Source: Peptococcaceae bacterium UBA6096 (GTDB lineage: Bacteria > Bacillota > Peptococcia > DRI-13 > UBA5745). From it: 64,000 bases of DNA. The DNA lies in contig DIWW01000002.1 of assembly GCA_002435905.1 (NCBI GenBank), forward strand, positions 26,141 to 90,140, written 5' to 3'. Below the pieces are notes generated by a model. It was not told the origin of the DNA. It saw only the letters and a program-made list of their open reading frames with translations, and searched no databases. This document shows, in pieces, positions 48,634 through 57,585 of the stretch; the first letter of the stretch is position 1; each line of letters opens with the position of its first letter. The position numbers and the translations under genes were made by a program.

Positions 48634-49794
48634 ATGGGTAAACTAATCATTAAGAACATTGGCACGATCGCAACCGGCAACTGTAAGGCGCCGATTGCCA
48701 AGGGGACCACGATCGTTATCGAAGATAAGCTGATCGCGGCCATCGGTGGTGAGGAACTTCTCGAAAATATTCAAGATGCGAAAGTCATTGATGCCGGCGG
48801 CACAACCGTCACGCCGGGATTGTTTGATTCCCATGTCCACACCACCATTGGGGATTTTGCACCACGGCAATTAACCATGAATTTTATCGACAGCGCGCTT
48901 CATGGCGGTGTAACCACCATGATTTCAGCTGGCGAATGCCATACACCCGGCAGACCCAAAGATCCTGCGGGCACGAAAGCATTGGCGGTGGTTGCCCATA
49001 AATCTTTCGAAAACGCACGACCCTCCGGTGTGAAAGTCCATGGCGGCGCACTGATCCTGGAAAAGGGCCTGGTTGAAAAAGATTTTGAAGAGTTAAAAGA
49101 ACAGGGCGTTTGGATCGTGGGCGAAATCGGCTTAGGCAGCATTAAAAAGCCTGAAGATGCCGCTCCCATGGTTCAATGGGCTCATAAAAACGGCTTCAAG
49201 GTGCAGATGCATACCGGTGGCACCTCCATTCCCGGTAGTTCGACCGTCACGGCGGCGGATGTGATCGCCACAGGCCCGGATGTGGTTTCTCATATCAACG
49301 GCGGACCCACGGCCATCTCGGTCCAGGAAGTCGACCGCATTATGGATGAAACCCAATTCGCTTTAGAGATCGTGCAGTGCGGCAATCCCAAAATTGCCGA
49401 TTATGTGGCTCGTCGGGCAAAAGACAAGGGTATGCTGGACAGAGTCATTTTTGGCAACGATGCACCCTCGGGCACAGGCTTGATCCCTCTGGGTATCCTG
49501 CGCAACATGTGCCAGATCGCATCGGTCTCCGATGTGCCGGCTGAACAGGTTGTCTGCATGGCAACGGGCAACACTGCAGCGGTTTACGGCCTCAATACCG
49601 GTGAAATCGCAGTGGGCAAAGAAGCTGACCTGGTCATCATGGATGCACCCATGGGCTCCGTGGCCGACAATGCTTTGGATGCCTTTGCAGCCGGCGATAT
49701 CCCCGGCGTCAGCATCGTGATCATCGATGGCGCTGTGAAAGTCAACAAGAGCCGCAACACCCCGCCTCCCAAGCGGGATGCCAAAATGGCTTAA
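48634..49794 (+). CDS. ena: Enamidase (1,4,5,6-tetrahydro-6-oxonicotinate amidohydrolase), amidohydrolase superfamily
   Basis: 386 aa from an ATG after GAAAGGGGA. Amidohydrolase HxH motif (DSHVH). Assignment rests on the nicotinate-cluster context. The ORF-track start at 48523 would swallow the sigma-54 promoter. Confidence 0.8.
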   Translation: MGKLIIKNIGTIATGNCKAPIAKGTTIVIEDKLIAAIGGEELLENIQDAKVIDAGGTTVTPGLFDSHVHTTIGDFAPRQLTMNFIDSALHGGVTTMISAGECHTPGRPKDPAGTKALAVVAHKSFENARPSGVKVHGGALILEKGLVEKDFEELKEQGVWIVGEIGLGSIKKPEDAAPMVQWAHKNGFKVQMHTGGTSIPGSSTVTAADVIATGPDVVSHINGGPTAISVQEVDRIMDETQFALEIVQCGNPKIADYVARRAKDKGMLDRVIFGNDAPSGTGLIPLGILRNMCQIASVSDVPAEQVVCMATGNTAAVYGLNTGEIAVGKEADLVIMDAPMGSVADNALDAFAAGDIPGVSIVIIDGAVKVNKSRNTPPPKRDAKMA

Positions 49795-49824
49795 ATTCAG
49801 AGAATAAAGAGGAGAATAACCGCA

Positions 49825-51315
49825 ATGATCATTGTGAGCGACAAATGTACCGGCTGCGGTATCTGTAAGAAAAACTGCCCCATCCACGCCATCGAAATCG
49901 TTGAAAAAAGGGCCGTCATCCAGGACAATTGCGTTCAGTGCGGCATTTGCACACGGGTATGCCCCTTTACAGCAATCACAAAAGACGCAGACATGGCAGA
50001 AGGCGTTGTCATCTGCAGCGCTTGTCCCGTCCAGTGCCGTGTTCCCTTAGGCTCAACAGGGGCTTGCAAGCGCTATACCAATGAAAACGGAACCTTGGTC
50101 CGCAATCGGGAACTGGTGACAGAAGCAAAAGAAATCACCGAACCGGATCATCGGTTGACCCGTCCGATCATTACGGCGGTGGGTGCCGGTACCAATTATC
50201 CCTGTTCCCGGCCTGCGCCTTACATTGTCTGCGAAAAGCGGGATGATGTGGATGTGGTGACTGTGGTGACCGAAGCGCCTCTAAGCTACAGCGGTGTGAC
50301 CATAAAATTGGACACCAACACCTATATCGGCGAAGAAGGCGACAAGGTCTATCGGGAGGGCAAGCACATCGGCATGGTCAATACCGAAGAGTATGGTTCC
50401 AAGATGATGACCATCGGCGGGGCCAACCGTCTCACCGGTAAGGACGGCTTTATCGTGGCAAAGACCATTGTCGAGCTGGCCAATGGCGAGGAAGTGGAAG
50501 TATCCGTCAATAAAACCACCAAAATCAAAATGCAGACCGGTAAAGCACCCATCATCAACGGTATCCAGGAAAAGAAAATGCGGATCGGCTGCGGCAGCGC
50601 CACCGTAGGCCTGTTTGCCCGCATGATGAAGGAAACGGTGGATGAATGCATCGTTATCGACCACCACGTGATCGGTCTGGTTTCGGAACATCTGGCTGGC
50701 GATGCGGTGGGCATGACCTGGAGCGGGGTAACCCCCAATGCCCATAAGAGTTCCCGCGGCCGTTATTTTGGCGACCATGGCGACGGCATCGGCGGTACAA
50801 CGCTGAAGAGCCCCCGGGATGCCATTGCCAGTGTGGACATGCGCATTGCGAAAGCCGGAATGCGGGTTATGGTGGTCAATACCACCGGCGAAATCTTCGC
50901 GTTGTTCGAAGTGCAGGCCGACGGCGATGTAAAAGAGATCCCCATGACGGAAAAGGCCTTGGCCCTGGCCAAAGCCATCAACGACAATTGTGAGGAATCC
51001 AGAGTCTCCGTCATGTATGTGGGCGGGACCGGCGGAAGCGCCCGCGGCGGTGTCTGCACCAAGCCTTTGGCTTTGTCAAAAGCAGTCCACGAAGGCAAAG
51101 CCGTCCTGACCATCGGCGGCGCGCCGACCTACATTTTACCCGGCGGTGGCATCAACTTCATCGTGGACACTGAGAAAATGGCGGAGCGGCCATTGACTTG
51201 GGTACCCACACCGGCCACGGTGGCCCCTGTGGAATATACCATGAAGCTTAGCGATTACCAGGCCATTGGCGGCCACCTTGACCAAATCAAGGATGCGGCC
51301 AGCGTCAAAAAATAA
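49825..51315 (+). CDS. hnr: 6-hydroxynicotinate reductase-like iron-sulfur flavoprotein
   Basis: N-terminal CTGCGICKKNCP and CVQCGICTRVCP (2x[4Fe-4S]) plus an extra CSACPVQC...GAC cluster site, then a large C-terminal domain. Positioned between ena and hgd. Confidence 0.7.
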   Translation: MIIVSDKCTGCGICKKNCPIHAIEIVEKRAVIQDNCVQCGICTRVCPFTAITKDADMAEGVVICSACPVQCRVPLGSTGACKRYTNENGTLVRNRELVTEAKEITEPDHRLTRPIITAVGAGTNYPCSRPAPYIVCEKRDDVDVVTVVTEAPLSYSGVTIKLDTNTYIGEEGDKVYREGKHIGMVNTEEYGSKMMTIGGANRLTGKDGFIVAKTIVELANGEEVEVSVNKTTKIKMQTGKAPIINGIQEKKMRIGCGSATVGLFARMMKETVDECIVIDHHVIGLVSEHLAGDAVGMTWSGVTPNAHKSSRGRYFGDHGDGIGGTTLKSPRDAIASVDMRIAKAGMRVMVVNTTGEIFALFEVQADGDVKEIPMTEKALALAKAINDNCEESRVSVMYVGGTGGSARGGVCTKPLALSKAVHEGKAVLTIGGAPTYILPGGGINFIVDTEKMAERPLTWVPTPATVAPVEYTMKLSDYQAIGGHLDQIKDAASVKK

Positions 51316-51334
51316 TTTTCAGGGAGACCAATGC

Positions 51335-52195
51335 ATGGAAAATGGTACAGTGCGTATTCTTTCGCCGGGTAAAGTCTTCATTGATTACGGACCGGCATCG
51401 ATGGTCGTTATGGCCTTTCAAGGCGAAGCGCCCTTGACCGGGCTTTGCCAGTCGGCTTTTGCAATCGTTGACGCCGCTCTGCGGGAGATCACGCAATCAT
51501 TGCCCTATCTGCGGTTGCCTCCCCTGCAAATTCCTTCCGGTACTTTAACGGGGCTGCCGCTGAAAATGCTGGAAGCGGTCCTGGCTGTGGGGGAGCCGAC
51601 CCTTACACCCATGGCCACAGTGGCCGGCGCTGTTTCCGATACGGTGGCGGATTGGCTTTTTGAGCAAGGCGCCAGCCGGGTGATCGTAAATAATGGCGGA
51701 GACATCGCCTTAAGGCTGCTTCCCGGGGAAAGCGTCCGGGTTGGGATCCTCTCCAGTTTAGCCAAGGGCGAGATTGACACCATCGTGCCGATCAACGCTG
51801 ACCACGGCATCGGGGGGATCGCCACCAGCGGACTGGGCGGAAGGAGCTTCACCCGCGGCATCGCCAACGCCGTCAGTGTATTTTCAAGCCGCTGTATTCT
51901 GGCGGATGCCTTGGCAACCCATCTGGCGAACCACACGCTGATTCCTTCGGCGCAGATCAAGACGGTCAAGGCGGGATCCATCGATCCCCTCAGCGACATC
52001 GCCGATCTGGACATTGTCACCGAAGTAGGGATCCTGACCGACGATGAAGTTGCCGCATCCTTACAGAAGCTTCTTGAAGAAGCCCAACGGCAGTACTCAA
52101 AAAAGCTGTTTTTGGGAATGCGCGCCAATGTACAAACCGGTTATTCATGTTTTCCGGAAACCTATTTTACAAATATTACAAAAGGAGACGAATAA
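51335..52195 (+). CDS. UPF0280 / ApbE-superfamily-like protein
   Basis: 286 aa. TPMATVAGAVSDTVADWL...VIVNNGGDIAL...GIATSGLGGRSFTRGIANAVSV resembles the ApbE/UPF0280 core. RBS AGGGAG. Confidence 0.6.
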   Translation: MENGTVRILSPGKVFIDYGPASMVVMAFQGEAPLTGLCQSAFAIVDAALREITQSLPYLRLPPLQIPSGTLTGLPLKMLEAVLAVGEPTLTPMATVAGAVSDTVADWLFEQGASRVIVNNGGDIALRLLPGESVRVGILSSLAKGEIDTIVPINADHGIGGIATSGLGGRSFTRGIANAVSVFSSRCILADALATHLANHTLIPSAQIKTVKAGSIDPLSDIADLDIVTEVGILTDDEVAASLQKLLEEAQRQYSKKLFLGMRANVQTGYSCFPETYFTNITKGDE

Positions 52196-52196
52196 A

Positions 52197-52775
52197 ATGG
52201 AACCTAAGATCAGAAAAATCGTAACCAGTGTTGAGGAAATCCGTTTTGAAGGCTTTAAGGAACTGGAGAAACCCATCAAAAAAGTTTCTGTCGCCGCAGT
52301 CATCAAGAACCCATTTGCCGGTCAATATGCAGAAGACTTGAGCATTCTAACGGATATCGGCGAATACCTGGGCGGATATCTCAGCAAAATCGCTGTGGAT
52401 GCCCTGGGCGGAAGCCCTGTCCAGAGCTATGGCAAGGGTGCCATCGTTGGTGAAGCCGGCGAATTAGAACATTGCGCGGCCATCCTTCATCCTAAATTGG
52501 GAAAACCCATGCGTGAAGCCATTGGCGGCGGCAAAGCCATCATTCCTTCCGCAAAAAAAGCCGGCACGCCGGGTACCGCTTTGGATGTTCCTCTGCACTA
52601 CAAAGATGCGGCCTTTGTCCGTACCCATTATGATGCGATGGAAGTCAGACTTCATGATGCTCCCCGCGGGGATGAAATCGTCGTTGTTCTGGCCTTCACC
52701 GACGGCGGCCGTCCCCATGCCCGGATCGGCGGCTTGCAGGTCAGCGAAATCAAAGGTGAAGACGGACTACGCTAA
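52197..52775 (+). CDS. Amino-acid-synthesis (AA_synth, PF06684-like) family protein of unknown function
   Basis: 192 aa. IRKIVTSVEEIRFEG...AAVIKNPFAG...GKGAIVGEAGELEHCAAILHPKLG is the characteristic family pattern. The start is 1 nt after the upstream stop. Confidence 0.65.
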   Translation: MEPKIRKIVTSVEEIRFEGFKELEKPIKKVSVAAVIKNPFAGQYAEDLSILTDIGEYLGGYLSKIAVDALGGSPVQSYGKGAIVGEAGELEHCAAILHPKLGKPMREAIGGGKAIIPSAKKAGTPGTALDVPLHYKDAAFVRTHYDAMEVRLHDAPRGDEIVVVLAFTDGGRPHARIGGLQVSEIKGEDGLR

Positions 52776-52802
52776 GAACTTGAACTGAGACAGGATTTTC
52801 GA

Positions 52803-52841
52803 TTCCGATATGGCAAGGGTCATACCCTTGCCATATCGGAA
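52803..52841 (+). other. Perfect 18-bp stem, 3-nt loop hairpin between the AA_synth gene and hgd
   Basis: TTCCGATATGGCAAGGGT-CAT-ACCCTTGCCATATCGGAA. No U tract follows. Confidence 0.7.
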
Positions 52842-52870
52842 CAGATTAAGAAGATAGGATGGACAGTAGA

Positions 52871-53764
52871 ATGAAAATAGGTTTTATCGGAGTCGGCGCA
52901 ATGGGCAAGCCCATGGCCCAAAATTTGTTGGCTGCAGGATATGAAGTCTATGTATTTGACTTGAATGCAGCCAATGTTCAGGAATTGGAAGGAAAAGGTG
53001 CCATTGGTTGTACTTCCGGAACCGAAGTGGCATCCAAAGCTGACATCGTTGTAACCTCTCTGCCCAACGCAAAAATCGTTGAATCGGTGATGACTGGCAG
53101 CAACGGTGTGATCGCAAACTGTAAACCAGGCACTGTGATCATGGATATGAGCAGCGTTGCGCCCAACACAACCAAGCAAATGGCTAAAATCGCTTTAGAA
53201 AAAGACGTCAAATACATTGACGCTCCGGTCAGCGGCGGTGTTTCCGGCGCTTTGGCTGGCACTCTGACCATCATGGTGGGCAGTGACGCAGAGACCTTTG
53301 AGAAGATTTCTCCCGTTCTCAACGTTTTAGGTAAAAATGTATACCATGTAGGCGATGCCGGTTCCGGCGATGCCATCAAAATCGTTAACAATCTGTTATT
53401 GGGCTGCAACATGGCGGCTTTGGCCGAAGCCCTTGTCTTAGGCGTTAAATGCGGTCTTACGCCTGAAAAAATGCACGAAGTCATCAAAGTGAGCTCCGGC
53501 CGCAGCTATGCTTTTGAGGCTAAAATGGAAAAATTCATTATGGCAGATGCTTTTGAAGGCGGCTTTGCCGTAGATTTGCAGTATAAAGACCTTGGTTTGG
53601 CTTTGGATGCCGGCAAAGATGTGAACGTACCGCTTCCGATCACCGCTGCCGCAACGCAGATCTTTGAAGCGGCCCGTGCCAAAGGACTGAACCGTGAGGA
53701 TATGTCCGCCGTAATCAAGGTTTGGGAAGACCTCACCGGCGTCAAAGTGCGCAGCAGCAAATAG
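52871..53764 (+). CDS. hgd: 2-(hydroxymethyl)glutarate dehydrogenase (3-hydroxyisobutyrate/6-phosphogluconate dehydrogenase family)
   Basis: MKIGFIGVGAMGKPMA Rossmann motif and a DAPVSGG beta-hydroxyacid dehydrogenase signature. Cluster context supports the call. ATG 52859 is an alternative start. Confidence 0.8.
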   Translation: MKIGFIGVGAMGKPMAQNLLAAGYEVYVFDLNAANVQELEGKGAIGCTSGTEVASKADIVVTSLPNAKIVESVMTGSNGVIANCKPGTVIMDMSSVAPNTTKQMAKIALEKDVKYIDAPVSGGVSGALAGTLTIMVGSDAETFEKISPVLNVLGKNVYHVGDAGSGDAIKIVNNLLLGCNMAALAEALVLGVKCGLTPEKMHEVIKVSSGRSYAFEAKMEKFIMADAFEGGFAVDLQYKDLGLALDAGKDVNVPLPITAAATQIFEAARAKGLNREDMSAVIKVWEDLTGVKVRSSK

Positions 53765-53842
53765 CTGGACTTGGCAGTCGAGATGGCAGCCAATCAAAAA
53801 AAGACTATGCAGGAACATGAGGAATAAGGGGGCCATTCGTTT

Positions 53843-54724
53843 ATGAAAGAATTCAGCTTTTTCTCACCGGGAACATTGGATGAAGCCCTGACATTGATGA
53901 ATCAATATAAAGGCAAAGCGTCCGTGATCGCCGGCGGCACAGACATCGTTCTAGAGCTCAACGACCGTTCACACCATCCCGACTATATTGTGGATATCAG
54001 CAAGATCAAAGAGCTTCGCTACGTGAAGGTCGTGGATGGAATTGTACGCATCGGCGCTCTGTCGACCTTTACGGATCTGGAGAATGACCCTTATCTGAGG
54101 GACCATGTAAAATCACTCTATTCAGCTTGTTATTACGTCGGATCCCCCCAGATCCGCAATCTCGGCACCATCGGCGGCAATGTGGTCAACGCTTCTGTGG
54201 CCGGTGACACGCCCACAGCCTTCATTTCGCTGGATGCAACGGTGGTCTTGCGCAGTGCAGCCGGCAAGCGGGAAATGAAACTGACCGATTTCTACGGCGG
54301 CCCCGGAAAAACCGAGCTGGAAAAAGATGAGCTGCTCACCGAAATCTACTTTGAAGCGCCTACCGAACAAATGGCCACAGCCTATACCAAGTTAGGCAAG
54401 CGGAAAGCCTTGGTGATCGTCGTGATTGGATTGGCAGTCCTGCTGGAAAAAGACTGCAACAATATCTGCAGCAAGGCGCAAGTCGTGATTGGCGCGGTCG
54501 CCCGTTATCCCCAGCGTCTCCCTTTGATTGAACACTATCTGGTGGGGAAACCGGTTACGAAGGAAACGTTTGATGGATGCAGAGATTTGTTTTCTCAGAC
54601 CGTCTACGAAATGATTCCGACCCGGGCCTCCGTGGGCTACAAAAAAGAAAGCGTCAAAGGCGTCGCTTCAAAGACCTTTGACAGCATTCTAAGCGACTTT
54701 AGTCTGTGCGGAGTGGAGGAATAA
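53843..54724 (+). CDS. ndhF: Nicotinate dehydrogenase FAD-binding subunit (CoxM/XdhB-like)
   Basis: AGGTDIV and GTIGGN FAD-binding motifs of molybdenum-hydroxylase medium subunits. Confidence 0.85.
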   Translation: MKEFSFFSPGTLDEALTLMNQYKGKASVIAGGTDIVLELNDRSHHPDYIVDISKIKELRYVKVVDGIVRIGALSTFTDLENDPYLRDHVKSLYSACYYVGSPQIRNLGTIGGNVVNASVAGDTPTAFISLDATVVLRSAAGKREMKLTDFYGGPGKTELEKDELLTEIYFEAPTEQMATAYTKLGKRKALVIVVIGLAVLLEKDCNNICSKAQVVIGAVARYPQRLPLIEHYLVGKPVTKETFDGCRDLFSQTVYEMIPTRASVGYKKESVKGVASKTFDSILSDFSLCGVEE

Positions 54725-54728
54725 GAAT

Positions 54729-55193
54729 ATGGAAAAAATCAAAATAGCCTTTAATTTGAACGATCAGGATGTCTCCATCGAGACAATGCCCAACAAACGT
54801 TTACTGGACATGCTTCGTGAAGACTTTAACTGCACCAGCGTCAAAGAGGGCTGCGGTGAAGGAGAGTGCGGTGCCTGCACGGTGCTGCGCAATGGAGAAC
54901 CGGTTACGTCCTGCACCATGCTGGCCGGCCAGGTCCAAGGTGAAAGGCTCCTCACACTGGAAGGCCTTTCCAAAAACGGCGAACTGGACATTCTGCAAAA
55001 AACCTTCATGGAAGCCGGCGCAGTTCAATGCGGCTTCTGCACGCCGGGCATGATTTTATCAGCAAAAGCTCTTTTAATGAAAAACCCGCATCCCAGCCGG
55101 GACGAAATCAGAAGGGCTCTTTCGGGAAATCTCTGCCGATGCACAGGGTATACGAAAATATTTAAAGCCGTTGAAATGGCGATCGAAGAATAG
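54729..55193 (+). CDS. ndhS: Nicotinate dehydrogenase [2Fe-2S] small subunit
   Basis: CGEGECGACTV (plant-type) and QCGFCTPG...CRCTGY (second 2Fe-2S) motifs. Confidence 0.9.
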   Translation: MEKIKIAFNLNDQDVSIETMPNKRLLDMLREDFNCTSVKEGCGEGECGACTVLRNGEPVTSCTMLAGQVQGERLLTLEGLSKNGELDILQKTFMEAGAVQCGFCTPGMILSAKALLMKNPHPSRDEIRRALSGNLCRCTGYTKIFKAVEMAIEE

Positions 55194-55211
55194 CCCGAAA
55201 GGAGATAAACC

Positions 55212-56471
55212 ATGAGCGATCGAGATTTTTCTGTATTGGGCCAGAGTGTTATAAGAAAAGACGCCCTGAGCAAGGTGCTGGGCGAAGCAAAATTCGCCGC
55301 AGATTATAAGTTTGAAGGGATGCTCTACGGCGGGGTCTTCCGCAGCACGGTTCCCCATGCCCTCATCAAACATTTTGATGCCTCCAAGGCCTTAGCCTTG
55401 CCTGGCGTTGCCTGTGTTTTGACAGCAAAAGATATCCCCGGCAAAAACCGGACCGGCATCATCATCAAGGACGAGCCCTGTTTGGTGGACGATAAAGTCC
55501 GGCGCGTGGGGGATGCCATCGCCATCGTTGCCGCGGATACGCCGGAACAGGTCAATGAAGCCTTGGATTTGATGGAAGTCGAATATGAATTGCTGGAGCC
55601 TATTTTCACAGTGGAAAGGGCTTTGGAAGAGGATTCCCCGAAAATCCACGGTGCCACCAATGTTCACGCCAAGAAGCATCTGGAATGCGGCGATGTGGAC
55701 GCAGCCTTCGCAAAATGCGATGTGATCGTGGAGCATACCTACAATACGTCCATGCTGACCCATATGTTTATTGAGCCGGACGCAGGGATCGCACGTTATG
55801 AAGACAAAATCATGACCGTGTATTGTTCGACCCAGAATCCCCATTATGATCGTGCCGATGTGGCCGGCGTTCTGGGATTGCCTAACAATCAGGTCAGAAT
55901 CGTCCAGGTCACCACCGGCGGTGGTTTTGGCGGAAAACTGGACATTTCAGTGCAATGCCATATCGCTCTGCTGTCCCACTTTACCGGCAAGCCGGTCAAA
56001 ATGGTACGCAGCCGCAAGGAATCGACGAATGTTTCGGCGAAGCGTCACCCCATGACCATGAAAGCCAAAACCGGAGCAACCAAGGACGGCAAGATCCAGG
56101 CAGTGGAAGTTTATATGACCGGGGACACGGGCGCTTACGCCTCCTACGGTCCGGCGGTCATTACCCGGGCTGTCGTCCATTGCATGGGGCCTTACGAAGT
56201 CCCCAATGTCCGGGTGGACGCCGTCTTCACCTATACGAACAATCCGATGGCCGGCGCTTTCCGTGGCTTTGGCGTACCCCAGGTTGCCTATTGCCACGAA
56301 GGGCAGATGAACGCAATTGCCAAGGAATTGAATATGGATCCTATCGAATTGCGTCTGCTTAACGCCCATAAAATCGGAACCACCATCGCGACCGGCCAAG
56401 TGCTGGAAGAAAGCGTTGGATTCAAGGAAACCTTGATCCAGGCAGCGGCAAAAGCCAAAGAGGTAATGTAA
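55212..56471 (+). CDS. ndhL: Nicotinate dehydrogenase large molybdopterin subunit (N-terminal part of the split Mo subunit)
   Basis: 419 aa. Aldehyde-oxidase/xanthine-dehydrogenase a/b-hammerhead and the first MoCo-binding half (GGGFGGK, AFRGFG). Confidence 0.85.
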   Translation: MSDRDFSVLGQSVIRKDALSKVLGEAKFAADYKFEGMLYGGVFRSTVPHALIKHFDASKALALPGVACVLTAKDIPGKNRTGIIIKDEPCLVDDKVRRVGDAIAIVAADTPEQVNEALDLMEVEYELLEPIFTVERALEEDSPKIHGATNVHAKKHLECGDVDAAFAKCDVIVEHTYNTSMLTHMFIEPDAGIARYEDKIMTVYCSTQNPHYDRADVAGVLGLPNNQVRIVQVTTGGGFGGKLDISVQCHIALLSHFTGKPVKMVRSRKESTNVSAKRHPMTMKAKTGATKDGKIQAVEVYMTGDTGAYASYGPAVITRAVVHCMGPYEVPNVRVDAVFTYTNNPMAGAFRGFGVPQVAYCHEGQMNAIAKELNMDPIELRLLNAHKIGTTIATGQVLEESVGFKETLIQAAAKAKEVM

Positions 56472-56494
56472 CACCACGATGCGGAGGGATTGAT

Positions 56495-57484
56495 ATGAAA
56501 AAAAGAGGCAAAGGTGTCGGCAGCATGTGGTATGGCATCGGCAATACCGGTCTTCCGAATCCGGCGGCCGCGTTTATCGAGGTTCTGAGCGACACATCGG
56601 TCAACCTGATGGTTGGCTGCGCTGACATAGGACAGGGCTCCACAACGGTTATGGCTCAGATCGCCGCGGAAGAGCTGGGCTTAAGCTATGAAAACATCCA
56701 TGTGATTTCGGCAGACACCATGGTCACGCCGGAAGGCGGCGCATCATCCGCCAGCAGGCAGACCTTCATTTCCGGCAATGCCACCAAGCTTGCGGCACGT
56801 CAGGCTAAAGCCACGCTGACCGAGGTTGCCGCCGGATTCTTGAATGTACCCGGAGAGGAATTGATTTTCCGCAATGGGGAAATCTTCAGCAGCAATGACA
56901 ACAGCAAAAAGATGACCTACCGGGAGCTCATGGCAGAAATGAAAAAGCACGGCCGTCTGGCCGTCGGCGCCGGAGCGTATAATCCGAAGACCACCTATCT
57001 CCATCCGGAAACCATGGCCGGGATACCCTATGAAGTGTATTCCTATGCCACGACCATCGCTGAGGTTGAAGTGGATACCGAAACCGGTGAGATCGAGGTT
57101 CTCAAAGTGGTCTCAGCCCATGATGTCGGCCTTTCGGTCAACGACACCATGGTGGAAGGCCAGATCGAAGGCGGCGTGGTGATGGGAGAAGGCTTTGCAG
57201 TCTTTGAAAAAATCGAGTGTTCCAATGGTGTGATCAAGAATCCAATTTTCTCGAAATACCTGATCCCAACAGCCATGGATGTCCCTGACATCTATTCCGT
57301 CGTGGTGGAATGCGAAGGGGAATGCGGACCTTATGGCGCCAAAGGTGTTGGCGAGCCAGCGCTGATCCCCAGCATACCAGCCATTGCTGCTGCTGTGGAA
57401 GATGCGATCGGCGTACGGTTCTGCTGTCTGCCCATTACGCCGACGGATGTGCTGCGGGAGTTAGGAAAACTCAAGACCCAATAA
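56495..57484 (+). CDS. ndhM: Nicotinate dehydrogenase medium molybdopterin subunit (C-terminal part of the split Mo subunit)
   Basis: 329 aa with its own RBS (GGAGGG). Contains DIGQGS and the C-terminal GAKGVGEPA motif with the catalytic Glu region of XDH-family enzymes. Confidence 0.85.
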   Translation: MKKRGKGVGSMWYGIGNTGLPNPAAAFIEVLSDTSVNLMVGCADIGQGSTTVMAQIAAEELGLSYENIHVISADTMVTPEGGASSASRQTFISGNATKLAARQAKATLTEVAAGFLNVPGEELIFRNGEIFSSNDNSKKMTYRELMAEMKKHGRLAVGAGAYNPKTTYLHPETMAGIPYEVYSYATTIAEVEVDTETGEIEVLKVVSAHDVGLSVNDTMVEGQIEGGVVMGEGFAVFEKIECSNGVIKNPIFSKYLIPTAMDVPDIYSVVVECEGECGPYGAKGVGEPALIPSIPAIAAAVEDAIGVRFCCLPITPTDVLRELGKLKTQ

Positions 57485-57585
57485 ATCGGGTTTCCCCAGG
57501 GATTTAAGGCAATGAATGCATTGAATCGATTAATTTGGTTTAAGGCATTCAATGCTTTAAATAAAATTAAAAGGAGGGTGTAAGA

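Noticed and set aside
52803-52841. TGGCAAGGG...CCCTTGCCA within the hairpin was considered as a sigma-54 -24/-12 pair.
   Set aside because: The spacing between TGGCA and TTGC is 11 nt, not 5. The sequence is explained by the perfect inverted repeat.
53765-53842. TGGCAGtcgagATGGCA looked like a second sigma-54 promoter before ndhF.
   Set aside because: With the GG placed at -24, the -12 position reads GG instead of GC, and there is no TTGC element at the correct spacing.
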